Below are positions 36,109 through 46,717 of a stretch of DNA of 58,760 nucleotides, in pieces (positions within the stretch are counted from its first letter, which is position 1; each line of letters begins with the position of its first letter). Position numbers and translations under genes: made by a program. The stretch comes from Sphingomonadaceae bacterium (lineage in GTDB: Bacteria > Chloroflexota > UBA6077), in NCBI GenBank assembly GCA_050261575.1, contig JBLNDL010000017.1:1-58760 (forward strand), in the 5' to 3' direction. A model generated the notes under the pieces. The model worked only from the letters and a program-made list of their open reading frames with translations. It searched no databases and was not told where the DNA came from.

Positions 36109-36297
36109 TCACCGGACCCCATCGTGGGGGTGAAGACGGTCCAGCTTCTCGTTCAGCTCCCTCATCCTGGCCTCCACCTCGGCCAGGCTGTGAACCCCTA
36201 GCTCCTCCATCTCTTCCTTGAGAGATTCGAGCTGCTCTAGCTCCATCATCAGGTCGTACTCTTCCTCGCTGGGCTCTTCCATCTCAGCTTCGCTCAC
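36109..36297 (-). CDS. Small acidic coiled-coil protein (62 aa)
   Basis: AAAGGAGGG SD, GTG start, E-rich helical sequence, terminator downstream. Confidence 0.8.
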   Translation of the reverse strand: MSEAEMEEPSEEEYDLMMELEQLESLKEEMEELGVHSLAEVEARMRELNEKLDRLHPHDGVR

Positions 36298-36370
36298 GCA
36301 GACACCCTCCTTTCCCGTGGAGTGCGGCGGACGACGGGAGCGACGACCGCCCCCGCAGCCGATCCCACCC

Positions 36371-37123
36371 TCAGATCACCGCCCACAGGATGACCAGGAA
36401 ACCGGCCACTCCCACGGTCCCGTACTCAGCCAGCACGCGCCTCTCCAGGGCCCCCTCCTGGAGCGCGAGCAGTAGACCGGCGAACACGTAGAAGGTGAGC
36501 AGCAGCACGGCACCGCCGATCAGCCCGCTGACGGGCCAGTAGTTGAGCGCCCACGTGGTCTCAGCTACCACCAGCGCCCCGATGGCAGCGAGTCTCCACC
36601 CGGCGCCCCTCACCCCCGGACCCGAACGGAGCGCCTCCAGGGCGGCCAGCAGGGCCACCAGGCCCGTGGCGGTGGCCGTGAGCAGGCTCCGCTCCTTGGT
36701 GTGGTATATGAGGGCAAAGAGGAGGAAGCAGAGCAGGTAGAGGATCAGGCTGCCGACGAAACGACCGATCCGGTAGTAGCGTCCGCCGGTCGTCAGGCCT
36801 GCCCTAAGCCCCAGCAGCAGGGCGGCCATGGTCGCCCCCCCGGCCACCGCTACCAGCGGCCGGGATTCGGCGGGGATCACCTGGATCAGCCACAGCCCCG
36901 CCACGAGCAGCAGCCCCGGAGCCACCCACAGGTTGAACGCCTGGTACTGGTCTCCTGCCTCCAGGGAGGAGGGTTGCCCCAGGAAGCTCTCCACGGAGAG
37001 ACCCACCAGTCCGATCAAGCCGGCACCGAAAAGCCATGCCTGGAAGGAGCCCAGGCCGTCCGAGAGCCACAGCCCGCCACCCACCAGACCGACTGCCAGC
37101 AGAAAGGCTACGATCCCCTTCAC
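36371..37123 (-). CDS. Multi-pass hypothetical membrane protein
   Basis: About 8-9 hydrophobic segments, ETTWALNYWP motif, SD-like GGAGG/GAGG upstream. Confidence 0.85.
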   Translation of the reverse strand: MKGIVAFLLAVGLVGGGLWLSDGLGSFQAWLFGAGLIGLVGLSVESFLGQPSSLEAGDQYQAFNLWVAPGLLLVAGLWLIQVIPAESRPLVAVAGGATMAALLLGLRAGLTTGGRYYRIGRFVGSLILYLLCFLLFALIYHTKERSLLTATATGLVALLAALEALRSGPGVRGAGWRLAAIGALVVAETTWALNYWPVSGLIGGAVLLLTFYVFAGLLLALQEGALERRVLAEYGTVGVAGFLVILWAVI

Positions 37124-37235
37124 CCTCTACCCTCCACTTGCTCGGAGTCAGCGGAATTCTACATCGCGCCCCAGCGTACGTCAAAGTGAAGCAACCTGTG
37201 ATATCATGCGACAAACAGGCTTGAGGCAGCGAATC

Positions 37236-37955
37236 GTGACCATCAACACCGTCTTCCTGGATCTCTACCACACCCTCGTCTACTTCCACCCTGAGAGAGA
37301 GCAACGACAGTCCGAGGCAATGAGGGAATTCGGCTTCCACGTGGATCCGGCGGACCTCCGCAGGGCCTACCTGGCCGCCGACCACTACTACACCCTCGCG
37401 GGCATGGAGACCCCCCTCCACCTGCTGGATCCGGCGGCAAGGGATCGGGTGTACCTCCGTTACCAAGAGGTGGTGATGGAGGAGGTGGGGCTGGGCCACG
37501 CCATCCACCTGGCCGAAGAGATTCGGCGCCGCTACTGGGAACAACCCCGCGAGCTGCGGCTGTTCCCGGATGTGGAGGCGGCTCTGGCCAACCTGAAAAG
37601 CTCGGGGTACCGGCTTGGGCTGATCACGAACGTGACCGACGACCCGACGGCCGACCTGGAGAGAACGGGGCTGAGGAATTGGTTCGACGTGGTAGTGGCC
37701 TCCTGCCTGGTCGGGATCGACAAGCCCGATCCCCGCATCTTCCACTTCGCCATGGAGCGGCTGGGCGTCGCCCCCGAGGAGGGAATTCACGTGGGGGACC
37801 AGTTCCTGGCCGACGTCGAAGGCGCCAGCTCGGCCGGCCTCGAGGCCGTCCTTCTGGACCGCTACGACCTCCAGGAGGGCCGCCATCCCCTCCGCATCCG
37901 CAGCCTGCTGGATCTGGCACCACTATTGCGGAACCGCAACCACGAGGGAGTCTGA
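37236..37955 (+). CDS. HAD-superfamily hydrolase
   Basis: VFLDLYHTL (motif I variant), ITN, KPDPRIF, HVGDQFLADVEGA. Confidence 0.9.
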   Translation: MTINTVFLDLYHTLVYFHPEREQRQSEAMREFGFHVDPADLRRAYLAADHYYTLAGMETPLHLLDPAARDRVYLRYQEVVMEEVGLGHAIHLAEEIRRRYWEQPRELRLFPDVEAALANLKSSGYRLGLITNVTDDPTADLERTGLRNWFDVVVASCLVGIDKPDPRIFHFAMERLGVAPEEGIHVGDQFLADVEGASSAGLEAVLLDRYDLQEGRHPLRIRSLLDLAPLLRNRNHEGV

Positions 37956-37959
37956 GGGC

Positions 37960-38781
37960 ATGCGTACCGACCTGGCCGACTACCACGTGCACACCTCCCG
38001 CTGCGGCCACGCCGAGGGGACCATGGAGGAGTACGTCGAGCAGGCCCTGGCGCTGGGGCTGGCCGAGATCGGCTTCTCCGATCACCTACACCTCTACTGG
38101 ATTCCACAGGAGGAGAGGGACCCCGGCCTGGCCATGGCCGAGGAGGAACTGCCGCGCTACGTGGAGAGCGTTCTCCGGCTGCGCGAGCGCTATCCACAGA
38201 TCCCCATCCGGCTGGGGCTGGAAGCGGACTACATCCCTGGCAAGGAGGAGACACTCCGGCGGATCCTCACCCCCTATCCGTGGGACTACGTCTACGGCTC
38301 CATCCACTTCATCGGCGAGTGGGGGTTCGACGACCCCAGGTACATGGAGCGTTACAACCGGTGGGACGTCGACGAGCTATACCGCCATTACTTCGGCCTG
38401 GTGAAGGACGCCGCAGCCACTGGCCTCTTCGACATCATGGGACACCTGGACGTGGTGAAGAAGTTCGGCCACCGGCCTGCAGGGGATGCCACAGAGCTGT
38501 ATCGGGAAGTGGCGTCCGCGCTGAAGGCCGCGGGGGTGGCCATCGAGGTCAGCACCGCCGGGTTGCGAAAGCCGGTCGGCGAGATCTACCCCGCCCCGGC
38601 CCTGCTGGCCGAGTGCGCCCGCCAGGGCATCCCCGCCGGCCTCGGATCGGACTCACACAGGCCGGCGGAGGTGGGGATACACTTCGACCGCGCCCTGGAG
38701 GCGCTTCGGGCCGCCGGTTACCGGGAAACGGTCCGCTTCGAGGCCCGCCGGCGGCGTCCAGTCCCCCTCCCCTTCCTCTAA
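37960..38781 (+). CDS. Histidinol-phosphatase, PHP (HisJ/HisK) family
   Basis: DYHVHT..CGHA, GFSDH, GLEADY, GSIHF, GHLD, GSDSH. Confidence 0.92.
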   Translation: MRTDLADYHVHTSRCGHAEGTMEEYVEQALALGLAEIGFSDHLHLYWIPQEERDPGLAMAEEELPRYVESVLRLRERYPQIPIRLGLEADYIPGKEETLRRILTPYPWDYVYGSIHFIGEWGFDDPRYMERYNRWDVDELYRHYFGLVKDAAATGLFDIMGHLDVVKKFGHRPAGDATELYREVASALKAAGVAIEVSTAGLRKPVGEIYPAPALLAECARQGIPAGLGSDSHRPAEVGIHFDRALEALRAAGYRETVRFEARRRRPVPLPFL

Positions 38782-38850
38782 GGATTCCATGTAGTCCGGC
38801 CGGGTTCAGCTCACCCGCCGCGCCCCCTCCCCTTCCTTTAAGGATTCCAT
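38763..38850 (+). repeat. 28-bp direct repeat (1 mismatch) duplicating the 3' end of the PHP gene
   Basis: CCCCCTCCCCTTCCT(C/T)TAAGGATTCCAT at 38763-38790 and 38823-38850. Confidence 0.85.
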
Positions 38851-38861
38851 ACAATCGGACC

Positions 38862-38889
38862 TTGCGCCAATCGATTCGCCATGTATAAT
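38862..38889 (+). promoter_or_regulatory. Sigma70-type promoter of the second LysM gene
   Basis: TTGCGC-16 bp-TATAAT. Confidence 0.65.
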
Positions 38890-38928
38890 GTTGCGGTAGC
38901 GCCGCCTTCTCATCACAAGGAGGTGCCG

Positions 38929-39330
38929 ATGCGAAGCCGTGACCTCGTGCAGCGACGTCCCCAGAAGCCGAAGCTACTGGAGCTTTTGCGCCAGCACTCC
39001 TCGCTCCAGGTGATCGTGGGAGCCATGGCCATCGCGGCCATCGTCCTCGCGTTCGCCTCTCGATCCGGCGAGGCCCCGCAGGCGGCCGGCGCCGTCCCTG
39101 GCCCCACCCTGGCCACGGCCGCGATGGCCGCCCCCCCGACAGCGGTGCCAAGCCCTTCCCCACAGCAGGAGCGGATCCACGTGGTGGCCTCGGGCGACAC
39201 CCTCACCGGTCTCGCCCAGAAGTACTACTCGGACGCCTCCAAGTGGGAGAAGATCTTCGAGGCAAACCGCGACGTCCTGCCCAGCGCCAACGCCCTCCAG
39301 GTTGGGCAGAAGCTCAAGATTCCCGACTGA
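38929..39330 (+). CDS. Membrane-anchored LysM-domain protein
   Basis: AAGGAGGT SD, TM helix, P/A/T linker, LysM (HVVASGDTLTGLAQKYY..WEKIFEAN..LQVGQKLKIP). Confidence 0.9.
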   Translation: MRSRDLVQRRPQKPKLLELLRQHSSLQVIVGAMAIAAIVLAFASRSGEAPQAAGAVPGPTLATAAMAAPPTAVPSPSPQQERIHVVASGDTLTGLAQKYYSDASKWEKIFEANRDVLPSANALQVGQKLKIPD

Positions 39331-39398
39331 GCAGGTATCTCTGGATAGAGTGCACGTTTCCCACCACAAGAGTTGGCATGAACTAGAGATGCCCGCTT
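39329..39398 (+). repeat. 70-bp TIR-bounded element, copy 3 (overlaps LysM stop)
   Basis: GAGCAGGTATCTCTGG...CTAGAGATGCCCGCTT. Confidence 0.85.
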
Positions 39399-39484
39399 GG
39401 AGTGGGGACACGCGAAATGACGCGGGGGCGGGTCTGTAGACCCGCCCCCACTGGTCAGGACTCCCTCCGGTTCGAGACGGCCAA

Positions 39485-39565
39485 CGCAGCCGATCCGCAC
39501 ACGTGCGCAGATGCGGACCCGCTTCATCCATCTGCGTCGATCTGCGACATCTGCGGATCGGCTTA
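39485..39565. repeat. ATCTGCG/CGCAGAT-type inverted repeat element
   Basis: AGCCGATCCGCA..CGCAGATG facing CATCTGCG-GATCTGCG-CATCTGCGGATCGGCT. Confidence 0.65.
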
Positions 39566-39573
39566 GGTTTCCT

Positions 39574-39641
39574 AAGCCGGTATCTCTAGCTAGAGTACGC
39601 GCTTTCCGCCGGAGAGATCGACGTGACCTAGAGACACCTGT

Positions 39642-39643
<2 letters not shown>
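39574..39643 (+). repeat. 70-bp TIR-bounded element, copy 4 (overlaps groEL stop)
   Basis: AAGCCGGTATCTCTAG...CTAGAGACACCTGTTT. Confidence 0.8.
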
Positions 39644-41270
<1,627 letters not shown>

Positions 41271-41373
41271 TCGTACCTCCCGCACCGAATTCAATGGGGT
41301 ATATGACCGCAATTGCCCCGATATACTCCGCCCGAGCCGTAAGAATGGCGGTGGAACCGTGTAAGATTCCCGT

Positions 41374-41394
41374 AAGAAAAGGGCGGCCTCGCCC
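41374..41394 (-). terminator. Intrinsic terminator after lon
   Basis: GGGCG-AGGC-CGCCC-TTTTCTT on the minus strand. Confidence 0.6.
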
Positions 41395-43838
41395 TACGAG
41401 GCCGCCTCCACCTGTTGCCTCACCTCGACCCCGGCCACCGGGACCAGCGCCCTGTCGAGCACCTCGTCTATGCTCTCGACCGGCACGAACTCCATCCGCT
41501 CCCGCAGCTCCGGCGGCAGATCCTCCAGGTCGGCCTCGTTCCGCTTCGGCAGGATGATGGTGGTGATCCCAGCCCGGTGGGCGCCTAGCACCTTCTCCTT
41601 CAACCCGCCGATGGGCAGCACCTTGCCCAACAGTGTGATCTCGCCGGTCATCGCCACGTCGTGTCGCACCGACCGCCCAGTGACGATGGAGGCCAACGCC
41701 GTGGCCATGGTCACGCCGGCCGAGGGCCCGTCCTTCGGCTGGGCACCGGCAGGCACGTGGATGTGAACCTCGTGCTTGTCGAAGAAATCCGCCGGGACCC
41801 CGAGCTGCGCAACCCTGGAGCGGACACAGCTATAGGCGGCCTCCGCGGACTCCTTCATCACGTCTCCTAGCTGGCCCGTCAGCCTCAACCCCTTGTTGCC
41901 GGGCATGGCGACGGCCTCGACGAACACGATCTCGCCGCCCACCGGGGTCCACACCAGGCCGGTGACCACACCGGGCCGGTCGACGCGCTCCGCCACCTCG
42001 GCGAAGTGCCTGGGCCGACCCAGATACTCCCGCACCTTTTCCGGGGTGACAACCACGGCCGCGGCTACCCCCTCGGCGATCTCCCTCGCCGCCTTCCGGT
42101 ATACGGTGGCCACCTCACGCTCCAGGTTCCGGACTCCCGCCTCCCGGGTGTAGTCGCGAACGATGGTCCGCAGCGCCTCGTCCTCGATCGTCACCTCGTC
42201 GATCTTCAGGCCGTGGGCCTTCATCTGCTTGGCCACGATGTAGCGCTTGGCGATCTGGACCTTCTCCTCCTCGGTGTAGCCGGAGAGCTGGAGGATCTCC
42301 ATCCGGTCCCGCAGGGGAGGGGGGATCGTCTCCAGGGTGTTGGCCGTAGTGATGAACATCACCTTTGAGAGATCGAAAGGCACGTCGACGTAGTGGTCCC
42401 GGAAGTCCTTGTTCTGCTCGGGATCCAGAACCTCCAGCAGGGCCGAGGAAGGATCACCCCGCCAGTCCGCTCCGATCTTGTCCACCTCGTCCATCATGAA
42501 GACGGGATCGTTGGACTCGGCCCGGCGGATCGCCTGGAGGATCCGGCCCGGCATCGCCCCGATGTAGGTGCGCCGGTGGCCGCGGATCTCCGCCTCGTCC
42601 CGCACGCCGCCCAGCGACTGCCGTATGAACTTCCGGCCCATGGCCCTGGCGATGGACTGCCCCAGGGAGGTCTTCCCCACGCCGGGGGGGCCAACGAAGC
42701 AGAGGATTGGCTCCTTCATCGCGGCGGCGTCCACACCGTCCTCGCCCTGGCGCTCCTCCCTCAGCTTGCGAACGGCCAGGTACTCCAGGATCCTGTCCTT
42801 CACCTTCTCCAGGTCGTAGTGGTCCTCGTCGAGGATCCGGCGGGCCTCTGCGACGTCGATGGTCTTGCCGGTGCTGACTGTCCAGGGCAGGGCAGTGAGC
42901 CAGTCCAGGTAGTTGCGGATAACCCCGTGCTCGGGCGAGGCCGAGGGGATCTTCTCCAGCCTGGAGAGCTCCCGCTCCGCCTCCCTGCGGGCCTCCTCCG
43001 GCATGCCGGACTTCTCCACCTTCTCCCGCAGGTCCCGGATCTCGGCTTCCTCCGGGCTCTCCTCGCCCAACTGCTTCTGGATGGCCTTCAACTGCTCGCG
43101 CAGGTAGTAGTCCCGCTGCGCCTTGGTCATCTGCTCCTGGGCCTCGCTCTGGATCTTCCGGCCAAGCTCCAGCACCTCCAGCTCCTTGTTCAGGTAGGTG
43201 GTGAGGATTCGGAGCTTCTGGGCCACCGAGTCGATCTCCAGGAACTCTTGCCGCTGCTCCAGCTCCAGCCGCAGGTTCATCGCCACAAAGTAGGCTAGCT
43301 GCCGCGGGCCCTCCACGTTCATGGCGGCGGCCACCAGCTCGTCGGGCAGGTAGGGCGAGAGGTTCACCAACTGCTGGAAGAGGGACACGACGTTCCTCGC
43401 CATGGCCTCTACCTCGACGTTGTCCTCCTCGCTCTCCGGCATGGCCTGCACCTTGGCGGCCAGGTAGGGCTGCTCCTGCGTGTACTCCAGGATGCGGATC
43501 CGCTGGAGCCCCTGCATCACCAGCCGGATGGTTCCGTCCGGCATCTTCAAGAGCTGGTGAATCTTCCCGAGGGTCCCCACCTCAAACACGTCTCCAGGCC
43601 CGGCCAGTTGCGTCTCGGCCTGGCGCTGGGCCACGAGGCCGATCAGCCGGTCGCGGGCCGCGACATCGTCCACCAGCCTGAGGGATCGCTCCTGCCCGAC
43701 ACCTAGAGGAACGACGGTGAGGGGGTATACGACGGTATCCTTCAAAGGCAAGACGGGAACGTCGAAGGGCTGGTCCGCTCGATCACGAACATCTTCGTCG
43801 ACGGGCTCTTGCTCAGATGCGACGTCGTCAACCGTCAT
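41394..43838 (-). CDS. lon: ATP-dependent Lon protease
   Basis: Lon N-domain, GPPGVGKTS, RRTYIGAMPG, PKDGPSAG (catalytic Ser), GGLKEK. Confidence 0.98.
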   Translation of the reverse strand: MTVDDVASEQEPVDEDVRDRADQPFDVPVLPLKDTVVYPLTVVPLGVGQERSLRLVDDVAARDRLIGLVAQRQAETQLAGPGDVFEVGTLGKIHQLLKMPDGTIRLVMQGLQRIRILEYTQEQPYLAAKVQAMPESEEDNVEVEAMARNVVSLFQQLVNLSPYLPDELVAAAMNVEGPRQLAYFVAMNLRLELEQRQEFLEIDSVAQKLRILTTYLNKELEVLELGRKIQSEAQEQMTKAQRDYYLREQLKAIQKQLGEESPEEAEIRDLREKVEKSGMPEEARREAERELSRLEKIPSASPEHGVIRNYLDWLTALPWTVSTGKTIDVAEARRILDEDHYDLEKVKDRILEYLAVRKLREERQGEDGVDAAAMKEPILCFVGPPGVGKTSLGQSIARAMGRKFIRQSLGGVRDEAEIRGHRRTYIGAMPGRILQAIRRAESNDPVFMMDEVDKIGADWRGDPSSALLEVLDPEQNKDFRDHYVDVPFDLSKVMFITTANTLETIPPPLRDRMEILQLSGYTEEEKVQIAKRYIVAKQMKAHGLKIDEVTIEDEALRTIVRDYTREAGVRNLEREVATVYRKAAREIAEGVAAAVVVTPEKVREYLGRPRHFAEVAERVDRPGVVTGLVWTPVGGEIVFVEAVAMPGNKGLRLTGQLGDVMKESAEAAYSCVRSRVAQLGVPADFFDKHEVHIHVPAGAQPKDGPSAGVTMATALASIVTGRSVRHDVAMTGEITLLGKVLPIGGLKEKVLGAHRAGITTIILPKRNEADLEDLPPELRERMEFVPVESIDEVLDRALVPVAGVEVRQQVEAAS

Positions 43839-43870
43839 CGCTATGTCCTCCTAAGCTCTTCCTGGGAGTC

Positions 43871-44284
43871 CTACGGTTGGCAGCTCTTCTGCAGCGATAT
43901 CGTGAGGAAGCCGTTCTCGTAGAGGGCGTCGACACAATCGGGGTTGACCCGAATGGGCAGGTACACCTCGCTGCGGAAACGGCCGAAGTTGATGCCCATC
44001 TCGTGGTAGAGAACCCTCTCCGGGCGAAGGGCATCCTGCCGGCTGCCGGACACGACCAGGATGTCGTTGAATATCGTGACCTCGATGTCGTCTTCCTTGA
44101 CCCCTGCCAGCTCCATCATCACAACGATGTGGGTGTCGGTTTCGTAGACGTCGGTAGGAGGTCTCCATACCCCCTCCCGCGCATATGGCATGGGGAAGAA
44201 CCGGCTCCAGCCCGTTCGCTGCGCCCTTTCGGCCTGAGCCGGCCATCCGTACTCCACCGATACGAAGCGATAGCGTAACCGCAT
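43871..44284 (-). CDS. Hsp20/alpha-crystallin small heat-shock protein
   Basis: WRPPTDVYET, ELAGVK, FGRFRSEVYLP, ALYENGFLTISL. Confidence 0.92.
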   Translation of the reverse strand: MRLRYRFVSVEYGWPAQAERAQRTGWSRFFPMPYAREGVWRPPTDVYETDTHIVVMMELAGVKEDDIEVTIFNDILVVSGSRQDALRPERVLYHEMGINFGRFRSEVYLPIRVNPDCVDALYENGFLTISLQKSCQP

Positions 44285-44559
44285 TGTCTTCCTCCCCTTC
44301 ACCGTCGAGCCGGCGGCACGTTCAACTAACTTGCAAGTTGCCGGCCACTCACCGGTACCGAGGCCGACAGACGGGTGCTCTGACAATGATTGTAGCAAAC
44401 AACCGCAATCGAGGTGGGGATGCGGGGGACGGAACGCGCAGCCGTGTGCGACCGGTAGCCGGCAATCCCACCGTACGCGCGGACCCTCGCCGCTGCAGGC
44501 AAGCTCGACGGCACGGCAGGCAAGCCCGACGCCCAGACGGACGACCGGCCGGTACTCTC

Positions 44560-46359
44560 CTACTCAGTTGCCTGCCCCACCGCTAACCTCGCCGCCTCCA
44601 TCACCCGGTCTACAGTCTGGGCAAAGCGCTCGGAGGTCCAGCCCGGCTCCAGCATCACGATGGTGGCGGCATCCCCCTGCTTCTCCAGCCACAGGGAGAT
44701 GATGTTCACCTGGTCCAGCTTTTCGGCGTCGATCCGCAGGTCCGGGCAGCTCTCGGCACCGGCCCACTTCTCGGCCACCGACTCCAGCAGACTTACCACA
44801 GCGGAGCGGCCGGCACCGTCCCCGCCGGAGTATACCCGGGCCCTGGCGGTGAGCCTCCCATGGCCGAAGACGAACAACTCCGCCCACCCGACGTGGATGG
44901 ATGGGCAGACCGCCAGCACGTTCAGATCCTTCACCGCCGGGTCGAGCAGCCTCTTGCGAGTCTGGGCGTTGCCGATGGCGTCCAGGCCGTCCCTGTACAG
45001 CGCCGCCGTCTCGAAATCCAACCGGTCCGCGGCGGCGTCGCGCCGGCGGACCAGCTCCACCTCCAGCGCCTCGGGCGCCGTCTCCAGCAAATGGCATACC
45101 TCCTCCAGCGCTCGACGGTGCCTGGCCTGCTGCTCAGGGCCGAGGCAGGGCCCCAGGCACCGATCCATCTGCAGGTAAAGGCAGGAGGCCCCTCGAGATC
45201 GAGCAGGGCAGCGATCGTCGTAGAGCCTGAAGCAGCGGACGAGTATCTCCACAGCCTGCTCCGTCTCCCGCACCCTGGAGAAGGGCCCGAAGTAGCGGGA
45301 CCCATCGTCGTGCAGCTCCCGCGTGACGACCAGGCGGGGGTAGCGCCCGCTCTCGTCCACCTTGATGAAGGGGAAGTCCTGGTAGGTCCGGAGAAGGATG
45401 TTGTACGGAGGCTGGTAGTGCTTGATGAGTCTGGATTCCTCCAACAGCGCCTCCAGCTCCGAGCCCAACTGCCTGTGCTCGATGCACTCCACCTCCCGCA
45501 GCAACCGCTTCGTCCTGGTGGGAACGCTACCGTTGAAGTACGAGGCGAGCCGCTTCCGGAGCGACACCGCCTTCCCGACGTACAGCACCCGTCCGGACGA
45601 CGAGCGCATTATGTAAACGCCAGGGGCGTCTGGCAAGGTGCGGCAGCGCTCCGCCAGCACCGCCACCCGAGACGCCCGCTCCCCCTTGCGAGGACCGTTT
45701 CTCGGCTGCCTCTCAGGGTCTCCGGAGGCGATGAAGGCCATCAACTGCGCGTCGGTCTCGATCCCGCGCTCCCGACAGAGAGAGAGCAGCCGAAGCAGCA
45801 GCTCCGCGGTGGCCTCGGCGTCGCCCGAAGCCCGGTGCCGATCCTGGACGGAGATCCCCAGGTGACAGGTGACGGCGTCCAGATTCGCCCTCGGCAGGTC
45901 CGGCAGCAGCCTGCGGGCCAGCCGGCAGGTGTCCACCACAGGGTTGTGGAGGCTGCGGCGACCGTTGCAGTAGAGTGCGTAGTTGAGGAAGGAGAGATCG
46001 AAGGGGGCGTTGTGCGCGACCAGCACCGAGTCCCCCAGAAACTCCAGCAGTTGCGGGAGGATCTCCCCGAACCTGGGTGCATCCCGCACCATATCGTCGC
46101 TGATGCCGGTCATCGTCTCGATGAAGGGGGGGATCGGTCTGCCCGGATTGACCAGGGTGGTGAAGCGATCCACCACCCGCCCGCCGACGAGCCGCAGGCA
46201 GCACACCTCGGTTATCCCGTTGCCCTGCGGCTTCAGGCCGGTGGTCTCCAGGTCGACGATGGTGTAGGTGAGTTCCTCCAGGGGCAGGCTCCCCGAGCCG
46301 ACGCTGCCCGCGGTATCCCCCTCCAGTGGCGCCCAACCACTCGGGTTCGATGGGTCCAA
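44560..46359 (-). CDS. DEDDh (DnaQ-like) exonuclease fused to a UvrC-like GIY-YIG endonuclease
   Basis: VDLETTG, VAHNAPFD, HRASGDA; GVYIM..LYVGKA..LRKR, ALLEE, PPYN; Cys cluster CLY..CLGPC; UVR motif (LDFETAALYRD). Confidence 0.93.
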   Translation of the reverse strand: MDPSNPSGWAPLEGDTAGSVGSGSLPLEELTYTIVDLETTGLKPQGNGITEVCCLRLVGGRVVDRFTTLVNPGRPIPPFIETMTGISDDMVRDAPRFGEILPQLLEFLGDSVLVAHNAPFDLSFLNYALYCNGRRSLHNPVVDTCRLARRLLPDLPRANLDAVTCHLGISVQDRHRASGDAEATAELLLRLLSLCRERGIETDAQLMAFIASGDPERQPRNGPRKGERASRVAVLAERCRTLPDAPGVYIMRSSSGRVLYVGKAVSLRKRLASYFNGSVPTRTKRLLREVECIEHRQLGSELEALLEESRLIKHYQPPYNILLRTYQDFPFIKVDESGRYPRLVVTRELHDDGSRYFGPFSRVRETEQAVEILVRCFRLYDDRCPARSRGASCLYLQMDRCLGPCLGPEQQARHRRALEEVCHLLETAPEALEVELVRRRDAAADRLDFETAALYRDGLDAIGNAQTRKRLLDPAVKDLNVLAVCPSIHVGWAELFVFGHGRLTARARVYSGGDGAGRSAVVSLLESVAEKWAGAESCPDLRIDAEKLDQVNIISLWLEKQGDAATIVMLEPGWTSERFAQTVDRVMEAARLAVGQATE

Positions 46360-46419
46360 CCGATGAGTCCCCTCCTAGAACAGATAAGCTTGCGCAAAGT
46401 CGGTTAAGCCGCCTGCTGC

Positions 46420-46448
46420 AGTCTAGGATGGGGGACTGTCGAGGTCAA
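46420..46448 (-). promoter_or_regulatory. Sigma70-type promoter of the exonuclease gene
   Basis: TTGACC-17 bp-TAGACT on the minus strand. Confidence 0.6.
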
Positions 46449-46479
46449 GGAGTGTTCGCTCGACCCTAGGGCTGCTCAT

Positions 46480-46571
46480 CGCCACCCTGAGCTGCCGGCG
46501 AAGGGTCTCCACATGGCAGCGCAGGTGTGCCTCCCCTCGAGTGGAGATGCTTCGCTACGCTCAGCACGACA
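46480..46571. repeat. REP-like inverted pair (CTGAGC..GCGAAG / CTTCGC..GCTCAG type)
   Basis: CGCCACCCTGAGCTGCCGGCGAAGGGTCTCC ... GGAGATGCTTCGCTACGCTCAGCACGACA. Confidence 0.6.
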
Positions 46572-46717
46572 GGCGTAGGGTGGCTCGGCGAGGGCCACGC
46601 GATGCTCGGCACGACGGTCTGGGCGGCTTCGAGACGGCCAGACGTGCCCGCAAACACTTGACCGTGGCAACCAACTCGACGACAATTGCATCCATCCGCT
46701 ACGATGCCACTGGGGAG

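Noticed and set aside
38763..38850. Mini CRISPR array (28-bp repeat, 32-bp spacer)
   Set aside because: Only two repeats, the first is the end of a coding gene, it is non-palindromic, and no cas genes or leader are present.
44342..44368. CIRCE element upstream of hsp20-lon (CGGCCACTC-N9-GAGGCCGAC)
   Set aside because: Spacing is right but only about 5/9 bases match in each arm. Too weak to call.
46445..46458. LexA (GAAC-N4-GTTC) box at the exonuclease promoter
   Set aside because: Only one half-site matches (GAAC-ACTC-CTTG on minus).
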